Assembly (NCBI GenBank): GCA_001724265.1 | Contig: MEDY01000175.1 | Span: 1 to 56,481, forward strand | Reading direction: 5' to 3' | DNA: 56,481 nt | Source of the DNA: Rhizaria sp. SCN 62-66 | Lineage: Eukaryota | Shown here: piece after piece, positions 10,165 to 20,646 of the stretch | How the letters are laid out: each line of letters starts with the position of its first letter | Position numbering within the stretch: position 1 is the stretch's first letter | Position numbers and translations under genes: made by a program | Notes under the pieces: generated by a model | What the model saw: only the letters and a program-made list of their open reading frames with translations | What the model was told of the DNA's origin: nothing | Databases searched by the model: none

Positions 10165-11413
10165 GTCAAGCTGTGCTTGAAGCTAGGCCGCCACAGGTTG
10201 CTGTGACACTGAGCTGCCAGCCTAGGATGTTGTAAGCAATGCTTGCTCCCAAATGTTTGGTAACGGTATCGTGTCACAAGTGGCTTAACCAAACGTCTGT
10301 ATCAGCAGAAGCATCTCAACAAGTAAAGTCTCTGTCCCAAGTCTAGTCAGTATGTTTGAGTTTTGTGCTTTCTGCGTTTTGTACATTTGTTTTTGTTTTT
10401 GTTTTGCTTATGTCATAATTGTTTGGTCCGGCTTTTGAGTTCAAGTCGTCGCATCCGCAGAGTAATCATGGCATGGTGCTTGTTAGTGCTCTTGATGCGA
10501 CTGTCACTTACTATTTCCTTGAAATCAACTAACGTAACAAAGAAACTACTGAATGTGAAAACAAGATGAAGAAAAAAGATGCTAGTTTCCTAACTGCGGT
10601 TGCCAATGACGTCTTATCACTTATTTGGTCAATCGACAATAACAAAACAAATACCTCAGCCGCCGCCGCCGCGCATGGCATGCTAGTGTTAGTTTGCAAG
10701 CCGCCTTTACTGACAACATCGCCGCCAGCAACACTAACAGTCTCGCATGCATTGTCACTCTGCCGCCGCCGCTGCTTTCTATGTGTTTCTCTCTCAATGT
10801 GTATGTTCACCATCGTTTTTATGTGACTTGCAGTCACATTTACACTCCATTACTGCACTTGCATGTTTTGCCCCCCTCCGTCAGAAGCCTCTGGCGCCGC
10901 GCCCCGCGTCGCAGCGTAGCGCGGCGGGCATTATGTGTGATCGCAGCTATGCAAATGACAACATCTCACGAACATCCTGCTATTGACAAGTGTATTTACT
11001 GAGACCGTCTCTGAGAACGAATTAGGGGCACTGTCTCGGTACCTGATCTCGCACGCAGCCTCGCAAGCGAGAGACACGAATCGTGATTATTCAGCTACAT
11101 CAACATCTGTTCACGAATAAACAACACTCTTCAACCTCATTCTTGGTCGATAAGTGACTACGATAATTGGGTAATAGAACAAAAACTGATAACGCAGAGT
11201 CTATTGGTCTGCGTTTGATCATAGGTTTAAACACATGTTTTTGAAATCATTTTAAAACCAACAAAGAAATAGAATACGTCAGCGCGTATGATAACTGTAC
11301 AAACAAACAATACCACGCCTTTAAACTACTTGAACGTATACACTGATCCTACGACAACGAGACCAAGCTAATCATATCACTGCTTGTCTCTTGCACTCAA
11401 GAGTCACCCAGAC

Positions 11414-14400
11414 TTACTTCTTGCCCTTCTTGCCCTTGTCGCCCACCGCAGCCGCCGCGGCGGCCGCAGCAGCCGCGTTCTCCTGCTGCTGGTGCTGCTG
11501 CTGGTGTTGCTGCTGCTGCAGCCGCAGGATGGCTTCGACGCTCTCGGAGATGGTCCGGAGCGCGTCCCGCACCGTCTGCTGCTGCGCGGCCTCGCTGCGG
11601 GCTAGCGCGGCCGCTGTGGACCGCTCCAGCGCCACCACGCGGGCCGCCAGCGCGCCGCAGACGGCGGTGACCGTGAGCACGCATAGTAAGGCGCCGGGGG
11701 ACGGCACGGGGGCGGCGGCGGGAAGCACGAGACCCAGCGCGGCGACAAACACGACCAGCACCGCCACCACCGCCAACACCGGCACGGCGACGCCGCCAGT
11801 GGCAGCGGGAGCGCCGGGGCCCGCGCTGGCGCCCAAGCTGTCGAGCGCGCAGAGGCCGCCGGAGCCGCCGAAGCGGCACAGCGGGGCGGTCGCGCCCCAG
11901 AGGCTGGACTGCAGCGTCTGGCACAGCGACTCGAGACCGAGCCACACGCTCGCGGGGCCCGCGCTCACGACGGGGACCGCGGCGGCGGTCTCAGCGGGAG
12001 CGGTCGGCACTGCGGGGGCGGCGACCCCCACCGTCGGCACATCCGCAGCCGCAGCCGCAGCAGCCACAGGGGCAGCACCAGCAGCAGCGGCGGCGGCGGC
12101 ACCACCCGCGCCAGAGGCAAGCCTGCCCGAGGTGTAGACCGCAACGCTCTTGGCGGCGGCGGCGTTGGCGACGGCGGCGGCGCCCATTGCGCGCGCCCAC
12201 GCCGCAGCCTCGGGCTTGGCGCGGACCTGCTCCTGCGCCCAGGCCAGCCACTCGCGGACGGCGGCGCCGCACTCGTTGACGGTGCGTGACTCGATCATGC
12301 CGATAAAAGGGCGCACCTTCCACGTGCGCTGCACCATGCGCACGCCCGCTCTAACGGCCACAGCGCACGCCTGGGCCTCGGCGCCCGCGCCGTCCGTGGT
12401 TGAAGGGGACGGTGTGATGCGCCACGACTCCACGACCACAAACGTGTCGCCGAAGGGCACGTCGGGCGTATTGTTGGTCACGTCCATGGCGAGTACCACG
12501 GCGTCCGCACTGTTGCTGCCGCCGGCAATAAGCGCGGCGCGTTGGACCTTGTGCAGCCGCGAGACGGGGGAGACGGGTGAGTCGACGGTGACCTTGGTGG
12601 TGAAGTCACGCGCGACGAAGCCGCCCACGCCCAGCTCCCCTGCGCCCGCGGGCAGCACCGGCACGGTGGCCGCGGCCAGCGCAACAGGCGCGGCGGGCGG
12701 CGCGGCAGGGTCGTCGGCGGGGCCCGGCAGGCGGTGCCAGCGCGAGACCGCGGCGGGCGGACACTTGAGGTGCACGTGGTAGGGCACAGGCCCCGCGGGC
12801 GCGTTGTCGGCCAGGAAGAAGTAGAAGAAGGCCGCCGGGGAGAGCGGGAAGGTCGCGGTGCCCATGTCCTTAAGCGCCACGTCGGCCGTGCCGATGTTGG
12901 CCGGCCAGTCCTTGAGCGCAGGCGACAGGCGGGGCACCACCAAGCCCGCCGGGTCTGCGGGCGGCGCTGGCACTGCAGGTCCCGCCGCGGTCTCGGTCTC
13001 GGCCGCAGCCGGAGTCGGAGCCGCAGTGCCAGTCGCAATTAAAGCCGCAGAGTCGGTCCCCGCAATCACGACGGGCGTACTGGGGGCGGCGGCGACGGCG
13101 GGCACCGCCAGCGCGGCGGCGATGCTCGCACTAGACTCGGTGGCGCTGCCGTGGGGCGCGGCCGGGGCGCCAGAGTCCTCGTTGTCGTCCTCCTCCTGCG
13201 TCGTCAGGGTCATGGACGGCACGGCGTGTGCGTTCGCCGCCACGGCGGCAGCGTTGGCGGCGTTGGCGGCGGCGGCGGCGGCGGCCGCAGAGCTCGACGG
13301 TGTGCTGGAGAGCCGCTTGAACGCGGAGCTGATCTTGGACGCGAACGACTTGGACTGCGGCAGCCCGGGGCCGCCGGCAGAGCCGCTCACGCCTCCGGAG
13401 CTGGAGCTGGAGCTGGAGCTACTGGAGCTCAAACTGCTGTTGGAGGCGCTGGCGACTCTGGGCGACGGCGGCGGCTCCGTCGAGCACAGCAGCGGCGTCA
13501 GCGCGGGACTCCCGCCCGCCCCCGCAGCAGCGACGCCCCCGGTGTAGCCATGCGCGGAGGGCGAGGCGGGCGCCGCTGACGGGCTCAGCGGCTGCGGCGG
13601 GGGCCCCGCGGCGGCGGTGGGCGCCGAGGCCGAGTGAAGCAGCGGCGTCGATTGCACGCTCGCGGAGCCGGAGCCGTGCGCGGCGCTGATGGGCGGGTGC
13701 GGCAGCGCGCGCGTGTCGCGCATGACGCGCACGAGCTGCGGCGGCATGCGCAGCGGCAGCAGCGCGAACGGTGCGCACGCGCCCGGGACGGCAGCGCCCG
13801 GGGCCGCGCCCGCGCCGCCGGCGCCCACGGCCACGCCTGTGTGGCTGGTGGTGGTGGCGGCGGCGGAGGCGTGCGCCAAGACCCAGCGCCAGAGCGCCGT
13901 GAGCGCGGGCGTGGGCGCGGCGAGCACGCGCGCCTTGCTCTCGCCCGCCGCTGGCACGGTGAAAGCCAGCGCCTCGAGCGGGGGCGTCGGGCCAGCACTA
14001 ATGGGGCCGGCGTAGCCGAGGCCGGCGTGGCCGAGGGGCGCTGGAGAGTGCACCGGGGTGCCGGGGGCCGTGGTCAACGCGGCCGCGCCGCCGACGCCCG
14101 GGCCAGCGGGGCGGCGGGGGGTCTCGGGCGGCGCGTTCAGCGACAGGGCGACGGCAGACGTGTCGTCGTTAGCGCTATTCCTGCTACTCCCGCAGCCCTC
14201 AGCGTCGGCGTCAGCCGCGGCGGTAGCGGCGGCGGCGGCGGCGGCCTCGGCAGCGGCCTCAGCGGCGGCGGCGGTGGCGGTGCCGTTGAGGAACACTGCG
14301 ACGGAGCTGTGCACCTTGCCCTCGGTGTTGACAACGCCGTGGCCGCCGCTACCACTGCCACTGCCACTCGCACTCGCGGCAACGGGGCATGCGGCGCCCA

Positions 14401-15612
14401 TGTTTGTGATGACGCCTGTGTCAGAAGCGGTGCTGCTGGCGGTGGCATTGTGCGCCGCGAGCAGCGTCTGCGCGTACAGCTCGCGCACGGGGTCGCTGCG
14501 AGCCGCGTGCGACTGCTGCTGCTGCTGCTGTTGCGCATGAGTCAACGACGGCGACGGCGACGACGAGGGCTGCGGCTGCTGCTGCAGCGCCGCAACGGGC
14601 ACGGCGAACACCTCCTCCGGTTTGGACCAGTCCCCGGGCGTGACGGGGCGCGAGGTGTACAGCGACAGGCGGCACATCAGCGCCACGGGCGAAGACGGCA
14701 GCGCCGCCGCAGCCGGGGACGCGTCGGCCTCACTGTCCTGACCCTGTCCGCCGGCGTGGGGGGCGCTGTCACGGCTGGGCTCGTCGGCGTCCGTGGCGTC
14801 CTCGCCCTCAAGGTCATGCGTACCGGCAGCGGCGGACCCAGGTGTTCCAGCAGAGGAGCCCTGCGTACTCGCGGCGTGGTGCGCGGCCGCGGCGGCGGCG
14901 ACAGCGGCGGCGTTGGCTTTGGCGCTCGAGTCCTTAGCAGAGTTGGAATTACTCGTAGCGTTGCTGTTGCTGTTGTTAGTGCTGGTGGTGATGCGGAAGG
15001 CGTCGGACGCCTGGCGGAACAGGTTACCGAACGCACTGCGGGTCTTTGAACCCGCGCCCGTAATCGTATTGTTCGCGTAAGAGCCAGAGCCAGAGCCAGT
15101 TGCGCTAGCGCCGCTGCTGTGCGCGACGGAGACGGGCACGTACGTCGCCGTAAACACCGCGTAGCGCGCTGATCGCCACGGTTTGACCACGTTGCCCTTC
15201 TTGTGCAAGTACCCCTCGAGCGAAAGGGTCGATGGCCCGACAGTGAGCAGCGCCTCGGAGATGCCGGCGACGCTGGTGCTGCTGCCTGCACTGACGGCCG
15301 CCAGACACGGCGCCACGGCCGCCTGGTAGGGGCCGCGCCAGCACAACGGCACTGGCGCGCCGAACGCGGGCGGGCCCGAGACGCCCCACGTGCTGCCGCT
15401 GGCGCTCGCGCCCGCGCCGGTCGTACCAATGACCGTACCCGTGACTGCAGCGTTGCCGGTGCCGCTGGCGCCGGCGCCGGAGAGGGAGCGGCCTGAACGC
15501 GTGTTGTTGGCACTGGCACTGGCACCGGCGCTGGCACCGGCGCTGGGGGGGCGGGGACTGGCGCACGGGGTGGCCACAGCCAAGCCAGGCTTAGTGTTGG
15601 TGTGAATGGAGC

Positions 15613-15646
<34 letters not shown>

Positions 15647-16066
15647 ATTGTGGTGGCTCGGGGGCGGCAGCGGAGGGGGGAACGAAGGGGAGCCGGGCTT
15701 GGATGATGACAGCATCGGCGACTCCGACTGCGACGGCGACTCGGTTGACGCCACGTTGTTGCCGTTGCTATGCTGTGAGAGCAACGACGAAGGGTTCATA
15801 AGCGGCGATGCGAGGGTTGTGAAGGGCAGTGCGCCGTCGATGCTCTCGTCGTGTTCGTCAATCTCGGTGTTGTCAACAGCACTGGCGTCGCCACCGTCAG
15901 TGTTTCCCGCAGTCTCATCGTCGTCGTCAGCATCATCGTTGGCAATGTCGCCGTCGCCGGTCGCAGTAGCGCTGCTGTCCCGAGGGGACTTGCCTTCAAC
16001 GGCGTCGCCGCCGGCACCGACACTCGCGGCCGCGCTGGCTTCACCGGCGGCGTTGTTGCTGCTGCT

Positions 16067-16097
<31 letters not shown>

Positions 16098-16411
16098 CCG
16101 TCGTCGCTCTCGCTGCGACTGGGAGGGGAGGATAGCAGTGCACTCATATCCGCCGCCTGTGCGGGAGCAGCAGAGCTCACAGCGGCGGCGGAGCCGTTCG
16201 CGCCAGCGTCAGCGTCGCGGTATGCGCCGGCATCCACTGCCGGAGCCGATGCCACAGGAGCCACGGCGCCGCTGGGGGCGCTGGTAGCACTCTTAGCGCC
16301 GTCAACATCAGCGGGCGCAGCAGGGGTGGCGGGGGCGGCGAGAGAGGGACGGGGCGCCACCGCGTTGGAACGGGAGCGGGAAGTAGAGAAAACAATATTT
16401 TGTTCGTCCAT
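11414..16411 (-). CDS. PH-like + VASt (StART-like) domain membrane-anchored lipid/sterol transfer protein (LAM/Aster-like), 1665 aa
   Basis: PH start LEGYLHKKGNVVKPWRSARYAVF and PH-type final helix RVLAAPTPALTALWRWVL. VASt motifs FPLSPAAFFYFFLAD and TPDVPFGDTFVVVESWRI. C-terminal hydrophobic segments followed by a coiled coil. Stop TAA. Confidence 0.8.
15614..15649 (-). repeat. (AAC)n coding microsatellite (poly-Asn)
   Basis: GTT repeats on the + strand encode the HHNNNNNNNNNNNNSS tract. A similar tract lies at ~3640-3680. Confidence 0.9.
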
Positions 16412-17227
16412 CCTCGCTGGGGCACGCCGGGAGAGTGGTTAGAAAGCAAGAAAAGGAGACGGACCTGAGCTAGGAGAAGGAAATAAGATCGAGGAAAGGG
16501 CGAAACAGACAGGAGTTGATGTGAGGCATTGCTAGCGGGTATGTCGAGACAATACTGTCGATTCGGAACGAAGTGCGTTGAAATAATAAAGAATAACATA
16601 TACAAATCAATAAAATGATGTGTTGGCCTCGCCTTCTAATTAACACAAGGTGGTAGATCTCTGGAAAGTAACAGAGGAGCGAAGCGTGCCACACACCCTC
16701 CTTCCTTAAGGAAAGTGGCTAGAGCGCACGTTTAATCACGTCTGGTGGTAATAGAATTGCAACGTCAACGAGATTCATTTGCGAATAATCATGAACACGC
16801 TATATCAATCGCCATCATCGATGAACATACGCCGTAAATCTCCTTATTAGAGAACCGATTTGTCCCATCGTCATCACCGTCGCCTGCCCTTGTCCCCAAC
16901 GCTGTGGCGAAGAAGCTGGCTGGATGGTTCGCAAAAAAATCCACAACAAGCAAGAAGCAACAAGAAGTAGGCCGAATGCGTGTCGCCAAATGGGGGTTCG
17001 GCGTGGTGTTCCATTGCTGTCAATAACTTTCGTTGGCCGTCAGGGTTACCAAATTGTTATAGCTGTTATTTATATCGTTTTTATTTCACTGAAGTACATA
17101 ACCACGGTTCATTCACATTGCCCGAATTACGCTGTCTCTCCAACCTAAACGCCTTTCCGCTCACGCTTGTTCCTGTTCCTGCTATCTCACCCGGGCTCCC
17201 CGCCACCCGCTCCGTGGCATATCTTAG

Positions 17228-19891
17228 ATGCTTCGCGCTTTACAACGGCACGCGAAGCCGGCGGTCGCCAAGGCTACCCTCGCGGCCGCCTTGAGCACGA
17301 GCAGTGCGCCCGCGGCATCGCTCCGCTCCCATCTCTCGCTCTCGGTCCGCCCCGCCGCCGCCGCCGCTGCACTGCCCATCCGCGCCTTCAGCACCGAGCC
17401 TGTTGCCGCCGCCGCCGCTGCGGCCGCCCCGGCCGCCGCTGAGGACCTGTCGAACAACGGCCAGACGTACGACTTCGGCAAGCGATACCGCCCGCGCTTC
17501 GGCAAGCGCGCCGTGCCCCGCGTGTCGTCGGGCCCGATGCGGCTGGACGACGTGCTGAGCAAGTTCCTGGACAAGCAGCAGGTGCCCACCGGCGACGCGA
17601 TCAAGTTTGAGCACATCCCGTGCCCGCCCGAGATGGACGCGCCCGTTGCGACGCTGTCCCCCGCGCTGCGGCCTGCGGTGCGCACCAAGGGTGTCGTCGC
17701 CACGGGACCGCTCGACCGCCTCCCGCAGGTCGACTTCCCCTCGCACATCTACCAGCCCGAGGAGATCCGCTGGGATAAGATCCCGCCTTTTGTCACGGCG
17801 TCGCGCGACCCCGTGCTGCTCGAGCTCATCGCGCGCAACGGCGGCCGGTTCTTCTCCTCCACGTCGTCGTGCTCGCCCATCCTCTCGCAGATCTCCTTCG
17901 CGCTGACGTCCTTCTTGCCGGTGCAGATCCCCCAGATCTCGGAGTGGTTCTCCTACATGGCGCGCACCCACACTCGCGCCGCCGTCAAGCCCTCTTGCAA
18001 TATTCTCCGCCGCCGCCGCCGCAACGGCGTCTTCGCCAACGCCGCCGTCAGCGCTGCCGCCGCGGCCTCCACCGACGCCGCCGGCGCCGGCGCGGGCGCT
18101 TTGAAGACGGGCCAGGAGGGCGACATGTGGGGCATGGATAACTTCCCCGTCGGGTCTCCTAAGCGCAACCAGATCCTGATCGACCTGGGCAAGAGCCTGG
18201 AGCGGCAGCTCACGATGGACCCGGCCGAGTTCGCGGCGACCATGGTGATCCCGCGCGACGCCGACAACAAACTGATTCCGCCCTCGGCCGAGGAGCTGGC
18301 CGCGGCGGCGTCGACCGCCGGCGCTGTAGGCGACCGCGAGGCTTACCGCTTCGTCAAGGCGGGCTCGCTCGTGCTGCGCTCGCAGCTCGACTGCTACGAC
18401 GACGCCGTGCCCGGCCCCAAGAAGGTGTTCGACCTCAAGACGCGCGCCGTGCTGCCGATCCGCCTCGACGTCGAGAACCACGCAGACTACCTGGGCTACA
18501 CGATCGAGCGCAAACTGGGTGTGTACAGCAGCTTTGAGCGTGAGTGGTATGACATGGCGCGCGCCGCGTTCCTCAAGTATTCGTTCCAGTGCCGCATCGG
18601 CGACATGGGCGGCATTCTCGTCGGTTATCACAACACAGTCCAGCTCTTTGGCTTCCAGTACATCTCACTCGACGAGATGGACACGGCCGTCTACGGCTCA
18701 CCGCAGCTGGCGCAGGCCGTGTACGAGCAAGGCGTGCGGCTGCTGGAGGAGGCCCTGCACCGCGTCGTCGACGACTGCGCCACTTCGGCCGGCACGACGC
18801 ACGACGCCATCCGCCTCACGGCGCGCGCCTTCTCGAACCGGCTGGAGATTTTCACCGAGACTCTGCCGCCGCTGCCGCCGGTTGGCGAGCGCACCGATGC
18901 TGACGTCGAGGCCGTGCTGCTGGACCTCCACGCGGGCGTCATGTACGTTGACCAGCTCACTGAGCAGGAGGTCCGCGCCGCGCTGGGCCGCCGCAACGCC
19001 AAGACCACAGGCTCAATCCCCGAGGTCTACGCACGCCTCGAAGACCTGGTGGCCGCCGCCGACGGCGTCTACACGGTCCCGACCGTCGACTACCTGGTCA
19101 AGCGCGTCAACCTGGACCACGTCCGCATGTACACGGTCGCGCTCGACGTCAAGGTCAACGGCCAGACGCGCAAGAATCTTGAGTCGTTCAACGGCACAAC
19201 CGACAAGCTGAGCTCGATGTTCCAGTTCCGACGCGTGTCGACCGCGGACGTGTCCCCCGATGACGTGGCGCACGCCTACGCCGAGGCGCTCACCGAGTGG
19301 CTGCTGCGCGAGGAGGACGCGCCTCCGATGCCCACTAAGGCCGCCACCGAGGTCGCCGCCGGCCGCCACGGCCAGCAGGCAGCCAAGGCGGCCGCGGGCA
19401 GCGCGCGCGTGTCTGACGCCGTCGCCGCGGCCGCCGCGCGCACGGGCAGTTACAGCCCCGTCGTGTCGACCGTCACCGAGGCCATCGTGGGCGCCAACAA
19501 GACCACCACAGTCTTCGAGAGCGGCGCGAGCGCCGTCATGATCACCAACGCCGACGGCGCCGTGGTCTCAGTGACCCACTACGGGTCGGACCGCACGCTG
19601 CTGGCCTCCGCGACGGGCGCACAGGCCGCCACGGCAGCCGCCGCGCTCGCCGAGGACGCGCCCGCTGCGGCCGCGGCCGCCGCAGCCATGTACGGATCGG
19701 ACAGTGCGCGTCGCGCGCGCGGGTCGTCGCGCAAGGTGCAGGCCGAGCGCATCCTGCAGGAGCGCAACAAGCTGGAGAAGTACTTTGGCGGCCAGAAGGG
19801 CGGCATCTCGCCCGAGACGCTCATGGCCATCCAGCGCAAGCGCGCGCTCGACCAGACTGCGGGTGCGCGCAGCACGCGCAAGGTCATGTGA
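17228..19891 (+). CDS. PET127: Pet127 mitochondrial 5'-3' RNA-processing exonuclease with a SAP-like motif, 887 aa
   Basis: Arg/Ala/Ser-rich N-terminus resembling a mitochondrial presequence (IRAFST). Pet127 motifs SSTSS, RSQLDC, VFDLKTRA, SFEREWYDMARAAFLKYSFQCRIGDMGGILVGYHN and FGFQYISLDEMD. Stop TGA. Confidence 0.92.
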   Translation: MLRALQRHAKPAVAKATLAAALSTSSAPAASLRSHLSLSVRPAAAAAALPIRAFSTEPVAAAAAAAAPAAAEDLSNNGQTYDFGKRYRPRFGKRAVPRVSSGPMRLDDVLSKFLDKQQVPTGDAIKFEHIPCPPEMDAPVATLSPALRPAVRTKGVVATGPLDRLPQVDFPSHIYQPEEIRWDKIPPFVTASRDPVLLELIARNGGRFFSSTSSCSPILSQISFALTSFLPVQIPQISEWFSYMARTHTRAAVKPSCNILRRRRRNGVFANAAVSAAAAASTDAAGAGAGALKTGQEGDMWGMDNFPVGSPKRNQILIDLGKSLERQLTMDPAEFAATMVIPRDADNKLIPPSAEELAAAASTAGAVGDREAYRFVKAGSLVLRSQLDCYDDAVPGPKKVFDLKTRAVLPIRLDVENHADYLGYTIERKLGVYSSFEREWYDMARAAFLKYSFQCRIGDMGGILVGYHNTVQLFGFQYISLDEMDTAVYGSPQLAQAVYEQGVRLLEEALHRVVDDCATSAGTTHDAIRLTARAFSNRLEIFTETLPPLPPVGERTDADVEAVLLDLHAGVMYVDQLTEQEVRAALGRRNAKTTGSIPEVYARLEDLVAAADGVYTVPTVDYLVKRVNLDHVRMYTVALDVKVNGQTRKNLESFNGTTDKLSSMFQFRRVSTADVSPDDVAHAYAEALTEWLLREEDAPPMPTKAATEVAAGRHGQQAAKAAAGSARVSDAVAAAAARTGSYSPVVSTVTEAIVGANKTTTVFESGASAVMITNADGAVVSVTHYGSDRTLLASATGAQAATAAAALAEDAPAAAAAAAAMYGSDSARRARGSSRKVQAERILQERNKLEKYFGGQKGGISPETLMAIQRKRALDQTAGARSTRKVM

Positions 19892-20646
19892 GTGAAACGA
19901 GGGAACTAAGCTAATCAATTGACTAATGGTAATTTGTTAAAGTGTCGCTGAGCAGGCCAGGTATATAATACTGATATTATTTAACTATTCCTTTCAAACG
20001 AAGATACATATCTGTTATCCAATACAAGAATCTCTACTTCTGAACTCAGTTGCTCCCCCTACACAAGTCATCGGTGAACAAAAAACGAATTTGAGTTAAC
20101 AAGATCAAACACTCTGAGGCACTATCTGGTGGAAATATGGAGAGATACACGAAACAAAGCAAACATTTATTAGAACAAACAATGTTATCAATAATACCAT
20201 TTTTTTACTGGATATGATTATGGCTGGAACAATATATACGACTTCAAAGTGCTCTTAGGCTCACGAACTCTGCTGACCATCATCGCACTAAAATTCATCG
20301 CACGAAAACATCGTCATTTGAATTGATCAGACAACTTTTCATCTGTATTATTAAAGACATTTATTAAAGACATTTGCATACATCATATTTTCTTATTGAT
20401 ACAAATTCACACTTATACAACAACACCTTCGAGCAAAGAAACACATGCTCGAGTGATCGTTCTCTGTTTCACAGTCTCAACAAAATGTACCACGATTTCA
20501 AGTTGCTTTCGTCAGCACAGACAAAGCACTGCGTCGTGTTACTTATACTTATCATTGAAGGGTGCTTATCCTGGCCAACAGTCATCCACAAACACAGAAG
20601 GATCAGTTATACGAGTTCAAGTCGCTCACACAGCTACCTCAACAAT

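Noticed and set aside
10529-10940. Minus-strand frame apparently continuing through TAA 10850-10852, which might suggest UAA recoding too
   Set aside because: No homology, closed upstream by TGA, and TAA is the stop at the expected ends of KCS and INO1.
20346-20376. Short tandem duplication (ttattaaagacat x2)
   Set aside because: Ordinary slippage in AT-rich intergenic DNA.
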